NCBI RefSeq assembly: GCF_009914755.1 | Contig: NC_060936.1 | Origin: the human T2T-CHM13v2.0 reference genome, Homo sapiens | Strand: one strand, 5' to 3' | Length of the DNA stretch: 64,000 nt | In this document: positions 55,856 through 64,000 of the stretch, piece by piece | How positions within the stretch are numbered: position 1 is the stretch's first letter | Layout: every line of letters begins with the position of its first letter | The notes under the pieces: generated by a model | The model's input: the letters and a program-made list of their open reading frames with translations, nothing else | Told to the model about the DNA's origin: nothing | Databases searched by the model: none | Program-made: the position numbers and the translations under genes

Positions 55856-57420
55856 ACTTATTAACTTTGAATTTCAAGGGTGCTTGATCAAGGAGGACAA
55901 GAATTCATTGACTTGAGGGCACTCTCTGCAGACAAGGGATTTAAAACCCTGTCAAGAACAGCCGAGAAAGAGGCAAACTTACTGCTATGGTGACCATAGA
56001 AACCATGGAGAGTGATGATTAATACTGAGCAAGTGGAATCGCTTGATTTGCCCTGCCAGAGAGGAGAGGAAGGAATAAAGAGGCTGATGAAAGCGGGCCT
56101 GCCAGAATGGATGTGTAAGGCCAGAAGACACAGCAGAGGATAATATTTCACAGGAGGGCCGGAGAACACCATGTACCAAGGTCATCAGGAATACACCTGT
56201 GTTTGTGGCACTAGCATCACTAATGAGTTTAGTAATAGGTTTAATCTGTAGACCAGAGCTGGGCTTGCTAATATCCTGGAGATGATAGGACTGCAAAAAG
56301 AACAAATAATAAATAAATAAATAGCCAGGTGGCAGCATTTAACTACCAGAAGCCAAGGAACCACAATTACCATTTAGACCCCACCAAGACCAGAGGGGCA
56401 GTAAAGGGGCTGTGACCTCCAGGGAGTTTATGGAGATAATTAAAGCATGGCATTCACAAGGGAAGAAAAGACAGACAGCCAAATAGACCTCTGATTAATG
56501 TTTACAACCAGAAACTGTCAAGAATTGGGGAGTAGGAGGTTGAGAACAATCTCCCAGATAAAAAGTCATTATTCCTTGCTTAGTTGTTAAACTGATTTTC
56601 TGATCTGGAACCCACTAATTGAAGGCATAGCTAGATCTCCAGCATGAAGGACCCCTAAACACAGCAGGAAGCAAATAATGTAGTGATTTCCTCAGTCCTT
56701 TCCCAAATAGACTTTTAGTTACTTATTCAAGTGACTGTACACTGGGAAAAGATATTACAAGGAGTGTTAGACCCATGATCTGAATTGACATTGATAGTCA
56801 GGGGTCCAAAGCAGCCTCATGGTCCTTCTGTTAGATCAGAAGCATATAGAAGACAGGGAATCATTGGAGTTCTGAATAAAGTCCACATCACAGCGGGACT
56901 ACTGGGTCATCATTTCCCAAGACCCTAAGCATATGATTGGCATTCATACAATGGGCATTTAGGGTAACCCCCACAGGGAATTCTTGGCTGGTAGGGTAAG
57001 AATCATCATAGTGGAAACGGCCAATTAGAAATCCTTGAAATTGACTCCACATGTCCAAGATAACAAATTAAAAACTATATTACATTGAATCATTTGGGAA
57101 GAACAGCAAAGAGAAGTGCCATCAATGGGAAAGGAGTGGTGATCATTGTGATATTTCTGCTTAATTGACCAGCCTGGCCCCAGCAGAAACAAGATGGATC
57201 CTGAATAATGAACACTGCAAGCTCAACCAATTACTTGTACTGATTGTAGCTATTCCATGAAATGTAGAAATACTGCTAGAGCAGATTAATAAGGCCTCAG
57301 GTCTATGGCATGTAGATTTTGGTTTGACAAATGCATTATTTTGTATTCCCATTAGTAATAAATTTACAAACAGTTTGCATTCATGTGCAATAATGTTCAT
57401 TTAGAGTTTTGCATCAGGCC

Positions 57421-57851
57421 TGTCGTAGTCCATTTGTGTTGCTGTGAAGGGATGCCTGAGGCTGAGTAATTTATTCTAAAAAATAGGCTTATTTGGCTCA
57501 TGGCCCTGCAGGCTGTGCAAGAAGCATGGTGCCATCATTTGCTTCTGGTCAGGGCTTCAGGCTGCTTCAACTCATGGCAGAAGGTGAACAGGAAACTGCA
57601 TGTGCAGAGATCACATGATGAGAAAGGAAGCAAAAGATAGGAGAGGGTAGTGCCAGGCTTTTTTTAACAACCAACTTTCACAGGAACTAATAGAGCAAGA
57701 ACTCACTAATTACCATGAGAATGTCACTAAGACATTCATGAGGGATTTGCTCCTCTGTTATCCAGAAACTTCCCATTAAGGCCTCATTTCCAACATTGCA
57801 GATCAAATTTCAACACGAGGTTTGAAGGGGACAAATATTCAAACCATAGCA
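57421..57851 (-). mobile_element. MSTB-type solo LTR
   Basis: 'tgtcgtagtcc...attcaaaccatagca'; TSD aggcc/agggc. Confidence 0.85.
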
Positions 57852-58491
57852 AGGGCTATATTAACTGCATTCGCCTCCCACAACATACTATAGTCATCTG
57901 AAGAACTCTAGACCACTGAGACATCCAAGGAACAACATATGGATCCATTATGTTGATAACATCACATGGATTGGACAGCAAGAACAAGAAGTGATTGTCA
58001 TGCTAAAAATCTTGGTAAGACAATATATGCTTCAGAGAAAAGGAGTTAAACCCTATGAAGATTCTTGAACCTATCATTTCGATACAGTATTTAGGGGATT
58101 AGTGGTTGTGGCTGTGCTAGAATATTACCTTGAAAATAAACGGCAAATTGCTGTATCTTGAATTTCTTACAGCAAAAAAGATAGCATGGTGCCTGATAGG
58201 CCTCGTAGGGTATGGTGACCACACATTATACACCTGAAAATTCTGCTCTGGCCCATTTGCCTGAAGTCATTGAAGGTTGCCTGATTTGTGTAAAACCTAG
58301 AATAGGAAAGATCTTCATAGCATGTCCAGTCTGTGGTGCCAGCAGTGCTGCATGTCTTAACAGATCCTATGGCATTAGAGACACCTGTGGTAGGAGAAGA
58401 TGCAGTGTGAAGTTCCTGACAAGCACCACTGGGAAAATCACAATACAGGTCTCTGAGAACCTGGACTAAGGCCATGCCATCCAAAGCAGAA

Positions 58492-59057
58492 TGTGGCTGG
58501 AATTCCCCGAGGTAATCCCCAGTGAGTCATGTCTTTGTACAATCTTATGAATGTGGGTAGAACTTGGGATTTCCTTCTTAGCTAATAGACTCTGGTAAAA
58601 TTACAGCATAATTATCCCTTTGTTAGGCTATGCTATACTGTGAAGGTGATGAGATAGTCACCCTCTTGATCATGTTACATTTTATTGACTCTGTCTCAGC
58701 CAACTGGAGTAAGCCCCTCCTGCTGGCTCTGAAGAAGTAAGCTGCCATGTTATGAGAGGGCCTTGTGGCCAGGAACTGGGGGTATAGCCTCTAGGAGCTG
58801 AGAGTAGTTCCTAGCTGACAGCCAGCAAGGGATCTCAGTGTTACAACTGCAATAAACTTAATTTCACCAACAACCTTGTGGAGTTGGAAGAGGATTCTGG
58901 ACTCCAAACAGGCGCACAGCCTGGCTGACATGATCAAGGACCCAGCTAAGCTGTGTTCAAACTCCTGTCCCACAGAAACTGTGAGAAAATAAATGTGAAT
59001 TCTTGTAAGCCACTGAATTTGTGCTAATTTGTTATGCTACAATAGGTAACTAATACA
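58492..59057 (+). mobile_element. MLT1E/F-type solo LTR
   Basis: 'tgtggctgg...gctgacagccagcaag...cccacagaaactgtgag...aggtaactaataca'. Confidence 0.8.
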
Positions 59058-59577
59058 CAAAGAAATATATGCCTATTCAGAAACAACTTCTGGCATGTTA
59101 CTCTGCTCTCACACAGATAGAATGCTTGACCATTCTATCTGTGTCAAAACATCTAGAACTTTTCAATATCAGCTGGATTTTGCCAAACCCAACAGCTTAT
59201 AAAGGTAGACTGGCCTCGCAATGCCCCACTGTCCCATGCAAGTGCTACAGCCAGGATCAAGCCCAAGTTGAACTGCAAAGCATGTATTACCTACATAAGC
59301 AGGTAGCCTAGAACCCTGTGTCACCTACTACACTTGTCCTCGTGTCCCTCTCCTAGCTCTGACCTATTTCCATTTGAAGACAGGGTGGAGGTATCCCACA
59401 AATCATCTGAAGGGTGAGGAAAAGCCCTGAGGTTGGTTTATAAATAGTTTGCCTTGGTATATGGGTATAAACCAAAAATAGATGGAATCTGCATTACAGC
59501 TACAATCAGGGATGCCTTAAAACAGAGTAGACAGAGAAAATCTTCCCAAGGGGCAAAACTGTGAGCACAGAATCTAG

Positions 59578-59968
<391 letters not shown>

Positions 59969-60257
59969 ATATATAGAGATTTCTGAGCAATGTTCAATGA
60001 CCTGGCCATCTGATCAGGAGCTTATAAGAAAAAGGATTAAAAGATAGGTGCCTAGGAGATTTGAGGGAGACAGAAGTGGATAGACATACGGAGTGGAAAT
60101 AAAATACAAAGAGTTTTGTACCATATGTTAATTCCTACTAGAAAACATCCAACCTAGAAATGGCACTGAACAACTAAGTTAACGAAGTGACTTATCCAGT
60201 TAATGTTCATTAGCCTTCATCACTGGCTTCCCTGAAGCTGGTATAGTCTCAAGTAAA

Positions 60258-60420
60258 TGAACCAATCACCTGCAGATATTGGAGGGACAACTATATAAGT
60301 AAAGGACATAGATATATTTAAATGAAAAGACTAGGGAGTATTTTGCTTTGGAAAGTGATTTAGCCCAGTTGACACAAAATTATAAAATAGTAAATTTTTG
60401 TTGATTAGGGGAATAAACAC
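60258..60420 (+). repeat. 163-bp exact copy of 62507-62669
   Basis: Base-by-base identical direct repeat, offset 2249 bp. Confidence 0.97.
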
Positions 60421-61155
60421 AATCCTTTCAAACCATTTCCACCAGCACTCTGAGCTGGTGCTTCAGCTGGGTCTTTAGAAAGAAGTTCGAGCTCTCTGAG
60501 TCCAGTTACTTTTGGATTGTGTGGTATGTGATGTCGTTCATTGCAACACCTTCTTTGATGTGAAATCAGGACAATAGTTTGATATTTTATTTGGGATTCA
60601 GTGCCGGTGGATCAGGCTTGGCTCAGATGTCCCTTCAAGAAAGAATCTGCCACATGTGGAACAGTTAGCTCACCACTCTGGCTGCCCTGTTGGTAGGATT
60701 TGCTTCAGCTTCTAGTTGCTGGCTTGCTTTCTCTCTGCTCAATATAAAGTGCTGTGCATACACATAAAGTTGGAAAAATAGACAGGCTGATTTATTATTA
60801 ACATATAACAATATAAAGTATTATATATATATTATACATATATGATTGGAAGTGGCTTGTCAGATGTCTCTGGCTACTGCTAGCATACAACATACAGCTT
60901 CCTTGTTAATATTTTTCCAAGAAAGTGCTACTCATTTGCATTTCAACTTGTTTCCTTTTGTAGACTTGGCAACTGAAAGGAAATGTGCATTTAATTGAAA
61001 CTTTTCTCTTTAGAACATTGTTGATCAAGGAAGACAAAAATCAATAAAATAACTTCATTTGGGGGCAAGGAGTATATTATTTGCATTTTGCTTATAATCC
61101 CCATATGCCTGACATACCCTGCCTTCTTGCATAATGTTCTTTACTAGACTTCTAA

Positions 61156-61492
<337 letters not shown>

Positions 61493-61689
61493 CCATTTTC
61501 TATTTGTTTCTTATTTTTTCATTATTACAGCATTTTAGCAAACTTGATTTGGGATACATATTTTATGCATCTGGATAAATATGTTTAAGAGTTGTAATAT
61601 TCACTTTCCACATGACTTCTTGCTTACATTAAAAAAAAATTTTTGTTAAACATATTTTAACACATCTGCTTAAAGAGTGAATTTTCTTT

Positions 61690-61905
61690 TTAAGTTATGT
61701 TTTTCTGTATTTTTATCAGTATAAGATTATTGTACACATTTTGGTGGTACATGTGATATTTTGATGCATGTAAACAATGTGTAATGATCAAATCAGGGTA
61801 ATTGAAATATCCATTACCTCCATCTTTGTGTTGAGAACATGACAATTCTTCTATTTTAAAATATGAATAAATGATTATTAACTATAATTCACTTACTGTA
61901 GTATC
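61690..61905 (-). mobile_element. L1MA 3'UTR fragment
   Basis: 'ggtacatgtgatattttgatgcatg..acaatgtgtaatgatcaaatcagggtaattg'. Confidence 0.75.
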
Positions 61906-62237
61906 GATTAAATTATTTTTAAAATTTTACTTGTCTTCTTCCCCTCTTCGTTCCTCACTTCCTTATGATATTTATTTAGCTGTTGCCTAAAATGCTTGCA
62001 TTGTTATTTTTTCTTTCTTGCCATGTAACTCAGCGGAGTCTTATGGCTGTTAGTCTCAGGGCTTTGATTATCTGCTTGCTCAGGTAAAATTACATAATTC
62101 AATATTTTTATTTTTTTTTCTTTAGTAACTATAAGTAAAACCCTAAGAAGTAGATCAGCTGCACCATGAAAAAATAATCATCCCTCCTTACTTTTACTAT
62201 GAAAAGATAGAAAAATTAAAATATATATATATATATA

Positions 62238-62542
62238 TAGTCAGCCCTCTGTATTCATGAGTTCCACATCCACAGATTCAACAATTATGGATTTAAAATA
62301 TTAAAAAAAATAACAATACAACAATGAAAATAACAAATATATAAAATACAGTATAACAACTATTATATAGCATTTACATTGTATTATAAGTAATCTAGAA
62401 ATGATTTAAAGTATATGAGAGGAGGTGAGTAGGTTATATGCAAATAGAATGTCATTTAATGTAGGAGACTTGATCAACTGCAGAGTTTGGTATCTGTGGC
62501 AGTCCTTGAACCAATCACCTGCAGATATTGGAGGGACAACTA
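62238..62542. mobile_element. MER2 (Tigger) MITE; left TA target expanded to (TA)n at 62220-62239
   Basis: TIRs 'agtcagccctctgtat' / 'atattggagggacaact'; MER2 body. Confidence 0.85.
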
Positions 62543-63689
62543 TATAAGTAAAGGACATAGATATATTTAAATGAAAAGACTAGGGAGTATTTTGCTTTGG
62601 AAAGTGATTTAGCCCAGTTGACACAAAATTATAAAATAGTAAATTTTTGTTGATTAGGGGAATAAACACTTGCATTTTGTAAGGTAGAGGTGTTAACAAA
62701 GTTGTCATAAATTAACAATGTTGCGGATAAAGTTAAACAATAATAAGACAATTGTTGGCCTAAATAACATTGTTTAGCCTAATTATATTTTATGTTTTTT
62801 AGTATGCAGATAATTTGCCTGATTAGAGGACTGGTGTACCAAAAGGGCTTTCAAAAATAAATAACCTTGGGAATGAGAATCAGCACAACTATAATCCATC
62901 ACTTTGTCTGCTTTGAGAACTGAAACCACCTACATCCATATATCTTAATTATTAGGACTCAGAACTAAGCTTCCTTGTGTCAGCATGACTTACATGTTTG
63001 GTCCAGGAGAATTCTCACCAAGGCAGATATGAATATGGCCAATGAATAATTTTACTATTAGTTTCATGAAATATGTCAAACCAATTTGGGCAAATAGTTT
63101 GCAAATTTAAACAAAAGATCTCCTATCAGGACAATAGATTGCTCACCTAGCAAATAGCTCACTTATCAAACATTTTACTTACCAGAACTACTTGAAGACC
63201 CTTGCCTCACTGTGTCTACCAACTGTATGCCACAAACCTTGTCCAATACCCATCAATTTTCTATCCTGAAAGACCTACCTTAAATCAATTATAACCAGAT
63301 CTCAAACCTGATAGATATTTGGATCTGACCTTCTCCTTCAAAGACAGAACTAACCATACAGGTAATGTTGTCCTGTACTGTACTGCAGTAGGTCTGATAA
63401 ACGAAACTTTGCCTGGTTGGTATATTTTTTGTGTGTTTTTTTGGAAGGGGGAGGATGGTGGTAGAGTTGATGAGATAGCCACAGCACTCGTCCATCACTC
63501 TTTCACTGCTACCCATACCATTCCTATGCCACTTCAGTTCCATCATACCTAACTGCTTCCAAGAGAAAAGACACATTATAGTTAACAAGAGTACATTTCT
63601 CCTGTATGCAGTTTTTCTCATTTTTCTGAATAAGATTCATTTGAGCAAGTAGATGCTTATAGTACAGACTTTGTTAATTCCACACTAAC

Positions 63690-63810
63690 ATGAAGGTTCT
63701 GAGATATGAACAAGATGCTAGCAGTTACAGTATCTAAACTATATGACCTTGGGCATGTTTCCCAATCGTTCAAGGTCTCAGCTACCTCATCTGTAAAAAA
63801 ATGATGATAA
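63690..63810 (+). mobile_element. MIR
   Basis: 'tgaccttgggcatgtt...tctcagctacctcatctgtaaaa'. Confidence 0.7.
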
Positions 63811-64000
63811 AAATGACAATGATAATTGCTAATACATATTTGAACTTAGTACATCTGACGTGAGAACTGAAACCAACATACTTTTCTGTTTTTGTGTTAA
63901 AAGATTCTGGGGACCTGGTAAGAAATACATAAACATGGGGCAGAAAATAATTGTCCCTGGAAGATAAATGAACTAAAATAACTTGTTTTATAAGACCAAC

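Noticed and set aside
62914-63875. Twice-occurring 15-mer tgagaactgaaacca, whose start resembles miR-146
   Set aside because: The match to miR-146 ends after 11 nt and there is no hairpin; probably chance or an old repeat.

Overview
This is primate (very likely human) AT-rich, CpG-depleted, non-coding genomic DNA, either intergenic or deep intronic. I find no credible protein-coding gene. The ORF track is explained by Alu, L1, LTR and ERVL sequence and by chance ORFs. Much of the window is a layered record of transposable elements: Alu J/S, L1PA/L1M, L2, MIR, MaLR LTRs (MLT1, MST, THE1), ERV1 LTRs (MER4A, MER41A), two decayed ERVL pol remnants and DNA-transposon MITEs (MER53, MER85, MER94, MER81, MER2, MER5). 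Family names come from my recall of consensus sequences and should be confirmed with RepeatMasker/Dfam. The non-routine observations are: (1) a polyadenylated, 5'-truncated retrocopy that matches my recollection of the KLF4 3'UTR, nested in an MLT1A and itself split by an Alu; (2) an MLT1B LTR with an intact TSD, split by a 3.66-kb cassette of ordinary genomic DNA bounded by two same-orientation MLT1A LTRs; (3) several templated-repair scars, namely a perfect 163-bp dispersed duplication, a 62-bp inverted duplication around an L1 5'UTR fragment, a ~115-nt fold-back hairpin and a micro template switch in an Alu; (4) a MER85 with an intact PGBD3-binding palindrome; (5) a ~7-kb TE-poor block containing a CpG-enriched, NF-Y/STAT/CRE-bearing putative promoter or enhancer. 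I see no evidence for a new coding system.
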